A stretch of 64,000 bases of DNA from Paecilomyces variotii (Eukaryota), in assembly GCA_004022145.1 (NCBI GenBank), contig RCNU01000021.1, one strand, 5' to 3'. Shown one piece after another: positions 1 through 13,208 of this stretch. A program made the translations under genes and the position numbers. Under the pieces are notes generated by a model. That model saw only the letters and a program-made list of their open reading frames with translations. It was not told the DNA's origin and did not search any database. Numbering within the stretch: the stretch's first letter is position 1; each line of letters begins with the position of its first letter.

Positions 1-196
1 ATGGTCGTCATGCACCCTCTACCAAGAAACGCTGAAATCGGCGAGGAGGTCGATTTCGACCAGAGAGCGGCTTACTTCCGACAGGTTAGTCTCTCCCCCA
101 ATGCGCTGAGAGTGATTCGGCTACTAACAGATATTCCAGATGAGATATGGTCTCTACACCCGCATGGCTCTGCTTGCATTGGTTCTGGCGCCTTGA
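1..196 (+). CDS. pyrABCN: 3' end of multifunctional CAD-type pyrimidine biosynthesis gene (aspartate transcarbamylase C-terminus), partial
   Basis: ATCase motif MHPLPR..EI..EVD.D.RAAYFRQ (1-84); GT-AG intron 85-139 with CTAAC branch site; last exon 140-196 reads MRYGLYTRMALLALVLAP*. Confidence 0.9.
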
Positions 197-1076
197 GATC
201 ATTTCGTATATATTCCACGAAAAAACAAAAGATATCCTTTTGGCGGCGATATAGACATATCGATTATCTGATAGATCTATTCTCGTCTTTTGCTTTTCTG
301 TGTTTGCTTTTCATGGTGTGGGCTATCAAAAGTTTTTTTGGCAATTGTTTTCTTTTCTTACAGACTATACAGCGTAGTCTCTCCGTGCGGAGATCTAGAA
401 TTCCATATGATAACACGAATATCCCGTTTCATGTACACAACTTGGTTTGGTGTGGATGTCGTCTTATGTGTTTTCCGTTATGTGTGTCGTGCGTTGCGTT
501 CAGTGTGTTTTTTTCGTTCTCATTTCTGTGGCGCGTGTGTTGTGGCGTTCGTTCCGTCGGCGTGTGGTTTGCGTTTGGGTCTGGTTCACTTTCGGGATTT
601 TCTTCCGAGTTAGCGGGTTTTCTTTGGGCTGGCGGGTCAAGGTGATGGGAAATTTTTCAGATACCCCTCTGGTGCTAAAGGCTTGCAAATGGATCATTTT
701 CTACACTGTTCACAATATTAATTATGAAGTCGAGCTTTCGCGTAAGGGTATGTTGAGTAGTATAGGAATTGGAATCAGAATCCGGCTGTAGAACTCAAGT
801 TTGATCTCCCAATACAGAAGCTAGACATAGTTATATAACTATACATACGGCACTTTCGTGAGAGGTCGACCGGCTTTACAATGCAGCGAGGTACCACAAC
901 TATAAATAGTTGTATTCCCAGTCATAGTAAAGTCATGCACAAGCTAATGCTGATCATTTCCCCTGCTTCGGTATAATAATAAAGTATAATAATAACTAAT
1001 GCTTCACAAAACTAGGTGGTGCAAGCAACACAATACACTCTCCGTAACACCATGAAAATCATTTGGTGATCTGCGT

Positions 1077-2891
1077 TCACGCAATCTGCGTAACGGAAGG
1101 ACCGTCCTTCTCGGCAGGGAGCTCATTGACCTCTGCCCTAGGCTCACTTTCGACGTCCGTCCCATGCTCTATCCTGCGGACGTTCTGGTACTGGACCTTG
1201 GTCTTCCACGGCTTCACACCCTTCTCGAACAAGCCCTCGACTTCCTCGAGGGTCTTACCTGCAGTCTCGGGGAACAGGAAGAAGACGTGGATCGTCATGG
1301 CGGCACAGAATACTCCGAACAGGATATAGGTCTTCCACTTGATGTTCTCGAAGGCAGGAGGCACAAAGTAAGATAGAGCAAAGTTGAAAATCCAGTTAGA
1401 CGAGGTCGACACCGCAACCGCCTTTCCGCGCAGACGAAGAGGGAACAGCTCGGGGGGATAGATCCACGAGACGGGACCCCATGTAGGAGCGTAGGAGGCC
1501 ACGAAGAGATAGGTGCACGCGATGATCCCCTTGGCAGCCGACTTGGCTTGCGACATATCCCAAGATTCTTCCGGGGTGTTGTCAACACCACCAGGAGGAG
1601 CTGGCTTGCCGTAGCTGGCCATCAAGCCTGCGTTGGCAAACATGAATATCATCATAAGGGTGGAACCGACCAGGAGAGGGGTGCGGCGACCCCAGCGGTC
1701 GATGAAGATCAGAGCAAAGATGGTCATCACAACATTGATGACATACTGGATCGAAGATGCCACCAGATTGGCATTACCAGAAAGTCCCGCCATGCCAAAG
1801 ACGTAGGTAATATAAAGCATCATCACATTCATGCCAGTTAATTGAGACCAGATTTGTGTGAACATACCGATATGAGTCCGGTTGATCATGTTGGGCTTGA
1901 ACAGCTCGATAAAGCTGGCGTCGGCGTTCTGGCGTTCGAAGTCGGCCATCTCCCGGATTTCCCGCAGCTCGGTCTGGACGAAAGGAGCGGATCGGTCACC
2001 CTTGGCATGGACAAGGGCGAGCACCTCGTGGCACTCCTCCCAGCGGTCTTTTTTGGCGAGCCAACGGGGACTCTCAGGGAGGAAGAGCATGCCGATGAAG
2101 AGGAGTATGGCCGGGATCATCTGCAGGCCCCAGGGGAGACGCCAGGCAGCGGTTCCCTTGATGAAACTGCAGCCATAGGAGATATAGAACATGATCATAA
2201 TCTATTCGGTGAGTGTCAGTGGGGTCTTCGTTCTCAAGAAGGGAGAGAAGGGAGAGCAGGGAGAAAGGCATCTAGAGCAGAGAACTGGTCACTTACACCC
2301 CATGTAATGGCCCACTGTTGCGCTCCGACGACACGTCCACGCTTGCTGGGCTGGGCCAGTTCGGAGACATAGACGGGAACCTGGGCACTGCAGATACCAA
2401 TGGAGAAACCGTTGATGAAACGGCCGACAACGAGCTGGCCGATACTGTAAGAGGAGCAGACCAAGATACTGCCGATACACCAGATGACAGCACCAATCTG
2501 GATCGCACGCTTGCGTCCGAACCAATCCGTCAAGACACCCGAGACCAGAGCTCCCACGAAGGAGCCACCGGGCATGGCAGCCGAAATACCACCCTGCGTG
2601 GACGAAGAAGGTCCCGCACAGGAACCATTCTCAATTCCGCCTTGGTTGAAGAAGCACTTGTATTGCTGAGTGCCCAGACTGTGTATCATAAGTGGTCAGC
2701 CGCGTCCGACATGTGTATGTATGTATGTAGACCTCTAGTAACTCATGCTGTACAGTATAAATCGAGCTTCAAGCAAGGGAGGGGGACAATACTCACATGG
2801 CTGACATCGATGCGATGTCAAAACCGAAGAGGGCACCGCCAATGACCGCAATGGTCGTAATGACATAGATGTTGCCGATAACATACCCCAT
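1077..2891 (-). CDS. MFS sugar porter, HGT1-like putative high-affinity glucose transporter (3 exons: 2891-2797, 2678-2297, 2201-1077)
   Basis: Motifs GGALFGFDIASMS, DWFGRK, PVYVSELA..SKRG, PESPRWL, QIWSQLTGMN, DRWGRR, PETAGKTLEE; canonical GT-AG introns join the frames. Confidence 0.9.
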
Positions 2892-3087
2892 GGTGGATGA
2901 AGGACTCCTCGGGTCAGGGACTCCCTAAACACGACACGGCTGGAAGAGGACCCAGAAAGACAAACAAACGAAAAAGCCGGGCCAGAAAGAAAGGGGACGG
3001 CCGAGAATAAAAGCCCCCGGCCAGCAGACGTGACACACGTGGAAACGGGCATTTTATGGTACGACTTTGGAAAAGCGAGGAAATAGT

Positions 3088-3119
3088 CTGGGGTTGCGGG
3101 GATGGGGTCACTTGTGGAG
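3088..3119. promoter_or_regulatory. Cluster of three CreA/Mig1-type SYGGRG sites upstream of the sugar transporter
   Basis: CTGGGG 3088-3093, GCGGGG 3096-3101, GTGGAG 3114-3119, ~200 bp upstream of the ATG; fits glucose repression, but the motif is short. Confidence 0.35.
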
Positions 3120-4678
3120 AGAGCTGGATGTAACCGCATCGGGGCACTAAGGCCATAGACCAAGCTTGTTTGCAGCCATCGCCATCCTCATCTCTGCCTT
3201 CCAACGCCTGCAACCGGATGTCGATTGGATCCAGGAACGCTGGAAACAACGCCGATGCAAGCCACGAGTTCGAGACCTTCAGATTCAAGCGTCATGCGGA
3301 TGGCAAGCGAGAACAGCAGAACAGCAGAAAACGCCGTAGCGAGACCTCATCTTCTTGCTGGCACTTCCCGTCCACTGGTTTGTGGGATGAACTATCCCAA
3401 GGGAGGTATCCAACGGACCAGTCACTGTCTGTTCCCCGCCTGTCTCTTCCCTCTGTGTCAGTGTGTTCACTACTGCTCAGATGACTAGTCTATACCAACA
3501 CGCTAAGCAAAGCTGCTAAAGAAGGGCCTGAGCCTTAGGAGAAGCCAGGAGAGCCAAAAGGTCGAGGATAAGCGCGTGGCAGAACACCGTTTCCGGAAGG
3601 GATTGTCGCTCAGACGGCGACTATCTATATTCGAATATTTACCCGACGGCATAATAATCCCATCAACGACTCCCGGCAACTCCACGAATCATCGAGGGTA
3701 TCTAGGTATCATCCTGCAGTTGCCAATACGAGAATCGGCCCCCATGTAACTCCCCGCGGCTGGTCCTTGGGCATAATCCTTGTTAACCTGGTGACCTGTC
3801 GTCTTGCCCGCACAAGATCTCCATCTAGAGGCTGAATGAGATCCCCAGATGCCATGTGTGATTGTTACTGCTTGAGTCGCAGCTTCGTCCCACACAGAGT
3901 CGATATGTTCCGATCCAACGGATGAGAAAAAAAAAAAAGAAAAGGTCAGGGCATAATGACAGCCAGATCCTTCCAGAATCGACCGTCGTTCCCGATTCCC
4001 ACGGCCGGCAAAGGGCGACATGGACGCCATATAGACCGGGCCTCGGGGATTTCCGAACAATTCTTTTCTTTTCAGGTCGCCCTAAACGTCCCCACGGCAC
4101 GGGAGAAGTTGGGGCCCCCCGGGGTAGGACCAAGCGAAGCGACTTTCCATCATCTCTCCACGCCACGTTACACCACAGAAAACGTTCGAACGGCCAATGG
4201 GCTCGGGATTGAGGTTTCGATGCCGGTCTTTGGCCGAACTGCGACAAAGTAGGTACGTATGCGCGACTTCGCTACAGAAAACAGTCTAGAAGCGCCAAGT
4301 TCCCGCATAATTGGTGTATAGGGATCCCTGGGGCCTTGACATGATAGCGAGTCAACGACTAGCCTGGCGCAAAGGCTCTGTTCATAATTACTAATTGAAA
4401 CCTTGGAAAAAACGTTCCAGGATTCCTTGCAAAAACAACAACTCTGACCGGTTCGCCTTTTCCCATCACCAGAAACCGGTGGCTCAAAAAGAATCGAGTA
4501 CATATTGCTTGCCGTCGTGTTGTCGAGGCGTTGATATGCTACCAAGTGGCAACGCATCCCGATAGAATACTCACACACGTGACAGTCATAGACGCGTTAT
4601 TTGCTTGCTAGAATCGCTAGTAGAATATCTGTCTCGAGGTAACAGCTCGAATGGAACGAAAAGGCGGGTGGCGCGTGG

Positions 4679-4953
4679 TTAGTATTTGGAGCGTAGGGTT
4701 ATCAATCAAGTAAGCGTGGGATGCTCCTGGAGTTAGGTTCGTGCTAGATATCAATGGATTTGAGCGCCTTGCTAGGTCAATGGAAAGAATTTGCTCTCAC
4801 ATCCATTATAACATAATGAACTACCCCATAGATTATGGCAGTCCCTTACTCTCTGAGCTTGCTGGAAACAAAGAAACTGAGTGACCTGCTTTAGAAAATC
4901 CACCAGGGTATTAAATGCTCATTCAGTGTATGCCTGATTATCGTCAATCATAA
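4679..4953 (+). repeat. Dispersed repeat copy A (inverted relative to copy B at 31712-31957)
   Basis: Blocks such as TTAGTATTTGGAGCGTAGGGTT, TAAGCGTGGGATGCT, CTCTCTGAGCTTGCT, ACCAGGGTATTAAATGCTCATT and TGATTATCGTCAATCATAA recur as reverse complement at 31712-31957. Confidence 0.9.
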
Positions 4954-5060
4954 GATCAGATGCTCCAGTGAAACTCCATCCCCGAAAGACATCAATAATC
5001 GCCCCAGGGCCGTAAGACGCCGTCTATGGCTTAGGCAAGGTACCAGACTGGATCAAATTC

Positions 5061-7517
5061 CTAATCGTCACGATCATCCTCATCAGAAAAGTCCAGTGGA
5101 TCTCCTTCCTCAAGATCGAGTTCTTCGTTATCGTTTAATGGGTCCACAAGACTTGGTGAACCAACTATGATTGTTCCACTTTCATCACTGGCGATATCAG
5201 TCAGACTACCTTCATTGAACTCCTCAGATACAATCGGATTGTCCCACGAGGCTAGAGACTCCGCTTGTGTTGCTCGACTGTTGTCTCTCCTGGCAAGCAC
5301 ATCCTCCCATAACGAGTCCCTTACCGAACCCATTGATAGCACATCAGCGTCAAGTCCATCTGTAGCCTGGTGAGAGGCCACTTGGGCTGTACTCATTCCC
5401 TCGCTATCGACAATGCTGAAGGACCCCGATGACGCTACGGTGCTCCCGGTGTGGATGCCAGGTCCCGGCGCGGAGAACCCTCCTTGTTCGACAATCGGGA
5501 TATTATGGTCTGTGAAAACACCGCCGGTACCATCGTCATTTCCTCCAGCCCAGAGGGGAAGATATCGGTATTCCTCCTCGTTCAGGCATGTCAGAGTATC
5601 AACTAGTTCGAAAAGGCCGCAATTCGAGTGAGGAGGCTGCATCATCCTCCGGGCAAAGCCTCTGATATACTCGTTGGCTTGCGCTATACACTTCGAAAGA
5701 TCGAAACAATACACTTCGCCATCGATGTGGTAGCCTCGATCACCCCTATTTACGAGGGTCGCGGCAATTCTGACTTCCTCCATCGAAATAGGTTCACACG
5801 TCGCGGCCTCCTGCGATTTCAGTGCTGGTAGATGACGGCCCAAGTCTGCGATGCAAAGATGCGGGCCATACAGACGATTCTCTCCAGATGATAAATGGTC
5901 TTCCAACAGACTTTGCCAGAATGTGCGACTGAAAACTCGCTCCAATCCGGTCAAGTTGTAATAGGTCTCCCAGTAATTTGGTTGTGGGTAATCCCCCAAG
6001 TAAGTTCCGGATATTTGCCGCGACGTTGGAGCATATGTGCTGCGATACGGTGTCAGCATCGAGTAGATTCGACTCCGAATGAACCGCTTCAATTTGACAT
6101 TGAGGTTGAAGATTGCTGCTGCATCCATTAATCCACTCGCGGTAGTAATAAGTCTCTGGTACTCGTCCAGCTCCAGCACCCACGCCATGCGCGTGCCCAC
6201 GAGCTCGACAAAGGAGGCAAGTATACGTTCCATGAAGTTCTTGCTGGCATATTCGATCCGCTGCAGCTCCTCGTCCTCGATAGTCTCTCGACTGCGACCA
6301 TGGAGTGTCCTGTCCCGTCTTTTCGGGGTATTTTTCTTTGAACCGGCCAGCAGAAGCAAGGCTTCCTCTCCCACCAGGATTGCAAATGTCTCGCGGCAGA
6401 GGCTGCTTGAACGAATTCCGCATGCGACACGATAGGCCGCCTCTGGGTTGAGTTCCATGAAGAGTGTATTTTGGCTGGCATAGATCCAGGACAGAATATG
6501 GTTGCGAATATCTTCTTCGTTCGCGACACCCATTATCTTTGAAAGCGCAAAGAATGTCCACATCTTAGGCGCCGTATCCATCTTTGGGTTGAGGCCTTCC
6601 AAAGCGTGAAAGATGCGCTCAATACAGCTTCGGTGGCGGATAGGAGAGTAATCTAGAGGTAGACGTAAATCGGCTTCTTGGACAGCAATACCATCCTGCG
6701 CCCCAGTCTCTCTATTACACGACACTGCTCGCGCAGACCCTCTACCTGATGCTGAGGTGAAAGTCGGTGCCTGGTTCACGCGACTGATCTGATAGGCTGA
6801 GGACCTCTGCGTCGGATGTTTCCCCAAATCCTCTTGCCCACCCACGCAATCAATGGGCAGATTGAATCGCTTCTGATTTCGGCCCCATGTTCTGATGCCC
6901 TCGGGACATGAAAGCTCGGTCAAGTAGATCACGGCATCATCATCTTCGAGCGCTGGTGTAAGATCCAGAACGTAGTGAATTCCCTCTGGGAGATCCTCTG
7001 TCAAACCGCGGCTTTTCAAAACACGCGCTTGTCGTCGTGGTTCGAAGCGGTCCTTGAAAAAAGAAGATCCCGTCCTCAACAGGCTCTCACTACGGACGCG
7101 GAGTGGTATGGATGGGGACATTGATGCGCCAGTTCGAGGGGCTGGGTCAATGTACACCAACGTATCTGCACCGTTCACCAGCAACAGCGGTACACCAAAC
7201 TGCACTGCATTGCGCATTGCTACGATAGGGCCTCTGTCAGCCTCAGTGGCCTGTTGTTGGTCGGAAACTGTTTCTGTCGGTGCCTCTTGCTGTATCTGCT
7301 GCTCGTCAGCTCCCTGCAACGGCCTTGGAGGCGGTCCAGGCACCAGAGGAAAGCCTGTCTGAAGAACATTAGATCGAGCAGATTGAGCGGGGATAGCAGT
7401 AGACGATGAACGAGGGGTCCCCGCATCTGGCAAACGAAGGCCATGATCTTCTTCCCACATGGCCCGTACGGCCGCGACAAAAGTGTTGTCCGAGGTGAGA
7501 GGTTGGTAGACATCCAT
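5061..7517 (-). CDS. Uncharacterised 818-aa protein with acidic low-complexity C-terminus
   Basis: Long uninterrupted ORF with globular-looking core (LPEGIHYVLDLTP, YLPLWAGGNDDGTGGVF); no function recognised. Confidence 0.8.
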   Translation of the reverse strand: MDVYQPLTSDNTFVAAVRAMWEEDHGLRLPDAGTPRSSSTAIPAQSARSNVLQTGFPLVPGPPPRPLQGADEQQIQQEAPTETVSDQQQATEADRGPIVAMRNAVQFGVPLLLVNGADTLVYIDPAPRTGASMSPSIPLRVRSESLLRTGSSFFKDRFEPRRQARVLKSRGLTEDLPEGIHYVLDLTPALEDDDAVIYLTELSCPEGIRTWGRNQKRFNLPIDCVGGQEDLGKHPTQRSSAYQISRVNQAPTFTSASGRGSARAVSCNRETGAQDGIAVQEADLRLPLDYSPIRHRSCIERIFHALEGLNPKMDTAPKMWTFFALSKIMGVANEEDIRNHILSWIYASQNTLFMELNPEAAYRVACGIRSSSLCRETFAILVGEEALLLLAGSKKNTPKRRDRTLHGRSRETIEDEELQRIEYASKNFMERILASFVELVGTRMAWVLELDEYQRLITTASGLMDAAAIFNLNVKLKRFIRSRIYSMLTPYRSTYAPTSRQISGTYLGDYPQPNYWETYYNLTGLERVFSRTFWQSLLEDHLSSGENRLYGPHLCIADLGRHLPALKSQEAATCEPISMEEVRIAATLVNRGDRGYHIDGEVYCFDLSKCIAQANEYIRGFARRMMQPPHSNCGLFELVDTLTCLNEEEYRYLPLWAGGNDDGTGGVFTDHNIPIVEQGGFSAPGPGIHTGSTVASSGSFSIVDSEGMSTAQVASHQATDGLDADVLSMGSVRDSLWEDVLARRDNSRATQAESLASWDNPIVSEEFNEGSLTDIASDESGTIIVGSPSLVDPLNDNEELDLEEGDPLDFSDEDDRDD

Positions 7518-9217
7518 TTTGACTAAACGCGTATCTGAAATGTGGACAGTGCAATGCTAAGTACTTGTCAGAGTAGGTAGATAGATGTAAGCGTTAACTA
7601 ATGACCACGGAGCAGTGAAGCACTGGCCACAGGCATGAAAGGTGGGTGAAGCCCAAGCTCGAGACGAATAGTCAAGCCAGCAAGAAAGAAGAAAACAGTT
7701 AGTGAAAGTGAGAGTTAAACGAGAGACGAGACAGAAGAGTCCATCTGGAGGCTGCCACTGGGGCAAAGCAATTAGGCTGCCAGTGTAAGTACTTAAGGAA
7801 GTACTTAGTGTGCGGCTCTTGCTGACTCGGGGAGCTAAGTACTTAGATCTCCTCGTACGCAAGAGTGAATTATGAATTATGCCGCCTAGTTATAATAACA
7901 ACGATAACTACCTACTTGATATATCACATGCTGTCTCTCAGGGCATACATATAGATTGAAAGAAGGAATCGTCATCCCCCTCGTTCCCTATCTAAGGGAA
8001 ACGAGAGAGCCCTCTCGATCGAAACCATCACAGTCCATTCAGCAATCCACTCAGTGGCTCGTCGGGACTTTGCGATCGACGATCATCGGGTGGCTGAGGA
8101 GTGCATGTAAGTAGTACGATCCTGCTGCCGCCTTGCAACTTCAACACCAGAAAAAAATCATACATGAACGATTAATCAATCCCTCTCCAGCCCCAGGCTG
8201 AATATTCTATCCCGTGTCATGTCTCTCTGCCTGACGTCAAGTCGACGAACAACCACTCGGGATGGAATCCCATCAATCACCATTGGAAGCGATAGGGATA
8301 TTGTCAGCAGTGGCGAGAGAATACGAAAGATAAACGAAAAGAGAGCCTGTTCTGATAATTTCGACTGGAAAATGTCCCCCTCTTAAAAAGAAGGCGAGTA
8401 CAGACCTTCATCTTAGATACAAACCAAACTCGTCTTGACTGACAACCAACCACCGATCTACGATGGCAATCTCAACTGGAGGAATTCTTACCTACGGCCG
8501 TAAGGGCCCGGTTAGGTTGGTTCCTTGTCATCCTGTCATTTCTATACAAAGCTGCATCGCAATCGATGCTAAACAGCGCCCAGGTCACGAAACATTGCAC
8601 TCGCCAGTGTCGCGACCATCTCCACCACCCTCCTGGTCATGTTCCGATATGGCATGTTTCGCGGTAAGCAGCTCACCACATCACCAGCCGAGCATCGCAC
8701 CATGCATGGCGAAGATGATCCTACGCTGCAGACGGACCAAGCTACCGCTAAAGCCGCCCGCGGACCAAAGCGCTGGTATAACTTCGGAAAGGAATAAACC
8801 AGACATTACGCATCGACACCGTGGGGAGAAGGTTGGAATGGAAATGAATCAAGTTCAGATTGCACGTTTTGTTTGGAGGTAAATTGAGCCGCATCATGTT
8901 GTACATATAGATTGTTTAGCTGTATCTACCAAAGACAATCCGATTGATAACTGCCCACTGTATGCAAACAAAATCCAGACAAGGAACTCTCCAGAATTTG
9001 AGAAACAAGAAGCTGCGCCCAAGGCAATATAGAATCAGGCAAGGGGGTATCCGCAGGGGGTCTCCAACCAAAAGGTCGGGGAAGAGACGAAGCCAGAACA
9101 AAACATGCGTCTATACAAACGAGCACAAAAAGCCACCATGCAGTAACAGTAAAAATACAATGGACAAAAAAAAAGAGGGGAAAAAAAAGGTCCGAGGACT
9201 TCATCTTATCTCAATGA

Positions 9218-12200
9218 TCATTGCTGATAATCTTGGCTGCTGGATGGGCCCAGGCGATTTTCCTGGTCACCAACTTCGCCTAAACAGCCCTCATCACTCG
9301 AGGCTTTGCTCGGCTTAGACGCTGGCCTCTTTTGCTTGGCACTTTTCCTGTCTCTGGACTTCGGTCTCTCGCGGTTCGCAGAGCGGAGCTCATCCCCTTG
9401 ACTCGGACTCCGACTAGAGCTTCCCTGTCGGAGGTCCTTAACTTCCTTAATCACCTCCCGGAAGCTTTCCTCGAGGTTCTGCATCCGAGCCAAGACCAGT
9501 TTGCTAAGCATGTCTTGGGTCTCCTGGGAGCCAGGCATCCGCCGTAGGCCGCCTGTCGCATAGGCCATCTGCGTTCCAAAGCTGGATGGGACGAATCCGC
9601 CACCAATGGCCTTGTTGTCCCCCAGGTCCGACCCCAGGTCGGGGATTAGCGGTGGGCGACGGGGCACCGAGCGTGCGTCCTTGTTCGCCAATCCTGCCAT
9701 GCCAGGCTCAGACGAAAAGCTCGATCGTGGTGGCATCGTGGGCCGAGGTCTTGACGTATTCGCGTCGGATCGTTTGGGTGTCCGTCGTCCAGTGGAAACT
9801 GGAGTAATTGCCTCGCTACGGTGATGGGGTGACTTGGCAATGCTCTTAGAGAGCGAGAAGGCACCTTGAGGAATTTCATCCTCGGTCTCTGTTTGGACCG
9901 GAGCATAGAGGATGGTAGCGCTGGACATATTGCGTTCATGACGATGCGTGGGCCTTTGGTATCGTGTGGGACTGCTCTTGCGTGACACTTTTGCAGTCGA
10001 AGGCCGGGAGTTGGAGAACCTAGGAGTCAATCTACTCGTGTTCTTCGGAGACAGCTCCTCGTCTTCATCCATGTGTGGCCCAGTCAGGGACTCTCTATCT
10101 CCAAGCGAGTGCCCATCTTCATTATCCTCGCTTGTCAACTCATCGTCTCCCTCGACGTCAGTATGCCGGGAGAGCTGCCTGGTGCGCGTTGGAGACAGAA
10201 GGTCCCGTCCCCGACGATGAGCTTTCACGTGCGCAAAACTGTTGTTGATAAACTCTTCTGGGTCGGACGCAACCGACCGTGTAGTCTCAGTAAAATCTCG
10301 AATCGTCCCTAACCGGTTTCTGCGCTGCAAAGAAAGTCTCGGGCGTTGTGGTAACGCTTCTAGGCGAGTGACTTCTTCCGGGTCCTGCTCATCTGGTGGA
10401 TGTGCAGGCTCTGGCTCCATTCCTCGCATCCAGTCTTTCACAATATTGCTGGTTTTCCGTCGATCGTTATCGCGGGCCATATAGCGAGTAGTATCCCCTC
10501 CAAACGGCCGGCGGAAAACTTCATCCAGAGCACGATCCTTTTGGTACGTTGCAATAGAGGGTTCTCGCACGCGACGTCGCGCATTGGGACTAAACGACTC
10601 GAAATGAAGTGGGCGTCGACGGCGCACTGAGGGTTCGGTCCGACGCTGTGCTTCCACCAGATCGGTGGGCTCGAAGACTCTCGAGCTAAGAATGGTTCTT
10701 TCGTAGAAGCATATGGTGAATAAGATAGGGAAATGCGTGATTTTGATGATCGTACGGTTGATCTTAACGAATTGCCTAAACGGCATGCAAAACCGGAGTG
10801 GTGTAATCAACCACGCGAGTATGTTCGTCGGTGCCACGTACGAGAAGAGAGCGTCTGACTTCACCATTGAGATGGTGTTGACTGCGAACACAAACTGGTG
10901 CTCTTCGTTGGCATTTTGCACGATGGCCATAAAGGAGTTCGTCAGAACGGTAATGAGGATGGTCACGACGACGAAATGACAGATGAAGAGGAAAAGGGTC
11001 AATATAGTCTTCCCCAGAACGTTATATTCCTCCCAGAGTGTCCACGCAGCTGGGGTGAAGCCCATTAGCATCTGAAACAAGGCATAAGCCACCGAGCTCG
11101 GATCGTTTCGGTCACCGAACGAAAAGGTGAAAGCGACGAAGAAGCCGCTACAGGCGACGATGACCAAAATGAAGACAGCAACCAGGTCTGATGCCATCAT
11201 CCGAAACGCGATCAGAAGCTGGGAAAAATAAGGGTAATGGTCGAGAACGGAGAACAGACGTGGGAACAGTAGAACTGCATTTGCAGCTAGGATGTCGTAG
11301 GCCTGGTCTGCCACCATCTGCTTGCGCGTGTACGGCATCAAGACCCCGTAGATCCGCATACAGTAATAGCAAATCAGGAGTAGCAGGATGCCTAGGTCAA
11401 AGGTATTCCAGAAGCTCATGATATACAAGCTGAAACCCTGCTCGTTGAAACCGACGAGCTCGTCCAGCATAAAGCCGGCACTCCAGAACCAGAAAAGGAC
11501 TTCAAGAGTGGTGATCTCCAAGGGCCGCTGGATGATGATGGCTAGGAAGAGACCGAGCAGGACGGCGAAAGAGCATGTAGAGAGGAACTGTCGGTACCGG
11601 GGCACTCTCAGTCTGGACAACTTGAAGAGGGACGCATCCCGGGGGTCATAGAGGGTCACTGAGCGCCGCAGGGCCATAGCATCCCGACCGTCCCCTGCCG
11701 GTTGCGTTTTGGCAGCGAAGGAGCCATACCCGATAGCATGCTGCTGAGGGGTATCGGATGATTGCCGGTGCAGATTGTCAGCTGCCGAGTGGAACACAAT
11801 TGTACCCGCCCATATCGCTTCGAGTTGTTGTACGACTAGCGGATGGGCCAGGAAACGCTTGGCCTGGGTACGAATAGCGATTTCGAGGCAGGAAATCCGG
11901 GCTGTGCCGGGCAAGCGCTTGGTCCGCTGACTAGAGCTCCAACCAGGTCCACGCAGTGTACTGCCCGTGGTCGGTGGTGTGTGCCCTTGGAGGGGATAGA
12001 AGTCATAGGAGAGGGCATCGATCAGCTCTCTGGTTGTATATTCTTTGAGCAACTTGATCGCCAGAAGCTCACACACCATCGCCCTCGTCCGGTTTGTCCC
12101 GCTGTTTCCGGGGTTCAAATGGACTTCCTTATTGAACTGGAGACAATTGGCCATCAAGGCATATAGCGTCGCCCGGGAGAAGTGGGAAGCCATGATCTGC

Positions 12201-12679
12201 TGCTGGATGGGCTTCACGAGAAACTGCGAAACCTGGGGCGAGCGCAGCTGGTCCCATGTCAACGTGGTTTCGCAACGGGAGCACACCAAGATGCGAATCG
12301 TATGGGTGATATTGTAAACGGGAAGCGCATCTATCGATCTCCCATGTCAGTTATGGAATTGATCCGCAGACCAACATTTCTCCAAGTCCTCACCTAGGTA
12401 GGGCGCTGAAAAGATGGGTAACAGAGGTGGTGAGTCTCCCGGACCATCCTCATCCTCCTCGTGCGCATCATCTTCCCCTTCTTCTTCTTCTTCTAGGTCG
12501 TCGCCAGGATCGTGCTCATACCCCGTTCCCTCGTCCTCATCACTCGCATCGTCTGCGCTATCTGCGGCATTGCGGCGTCGCAGGAGGGGTGAGGACTCCC
12601 GTGCCGTACTCGGGGCTGCGAATGGAGAGCGCTCTGTATAGGCTCTTCGCTTCTTGGGACGCAGCAGAGAGGCCAGCAT
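9218..12679 (-). CDS. Yvc1/TRP-like non-selective cation (calcium) channel (exons 12679-12394, 12330-9218)
   Basis: Spliced N-terminus MLASLLRPKKRR...PLLPIFSAPYL/DALPVYN; motifs AKRFLAHPLVVQQLEAIWAG, SRLRVPRY; ~6 hydrophobic segments with pore-like ALFQMLMGFTP and ILITVLTNSF; intron 12393-12331 GT-AG with CTGAC branch. Confidence 0.8.
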
Positions 12680-13208
12680 GGTTGAGGAGCTCCAAGGCCG
12701 GAGGGGGATACTGCGCAATGATAAGGAGAGCCCTGCTCACTGCATCGTCCGGCGTCTCAGCTGGCCAACGCGGCGGAGACTTGGATGAGACGACGGAGGT
12801 CCAAGTCAGCGCAACAGGAGCCAGAGCCGGATCCTAACGACGAAACCCCTCGATGATGGCAGAGTTGACCTTGAACTGCGATAACGCACCTCATGTGAGC
12901 AGCAGCCAGTGGGCGTGGAGATGCCGGTGATTTGTTGACGTGCCGCTCTAGTCGCGTCGCCGGCCACACCGCCAGCTTAGGGCTGCCAACCATCCAACTG
13001 CTCAACCGTCTTGAGATCCTGACGGCGTACGATCGGCGCGAAAAATCTGTTAAAGTTATCATCGTGCTTCTGCACCAGCTTCACGCTAGCTGGGCTGGCC
13101 AGTCACATCGCCCATCATGCGCAGCACCGCATCATCCTCCGTCTTCTGTTCTGTATGAGTCCGTAGATCCGAACTTGATGTTCAGGGCCATGCAACAGCT
13201 GGATAGTA

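Noticed and set aside
1-645. 214-aa ORF in the track
   Set aside because: Reads through intron 85-139; the true ATCase C-terminus ends at 196 and the rest is a GT-rich 3' region
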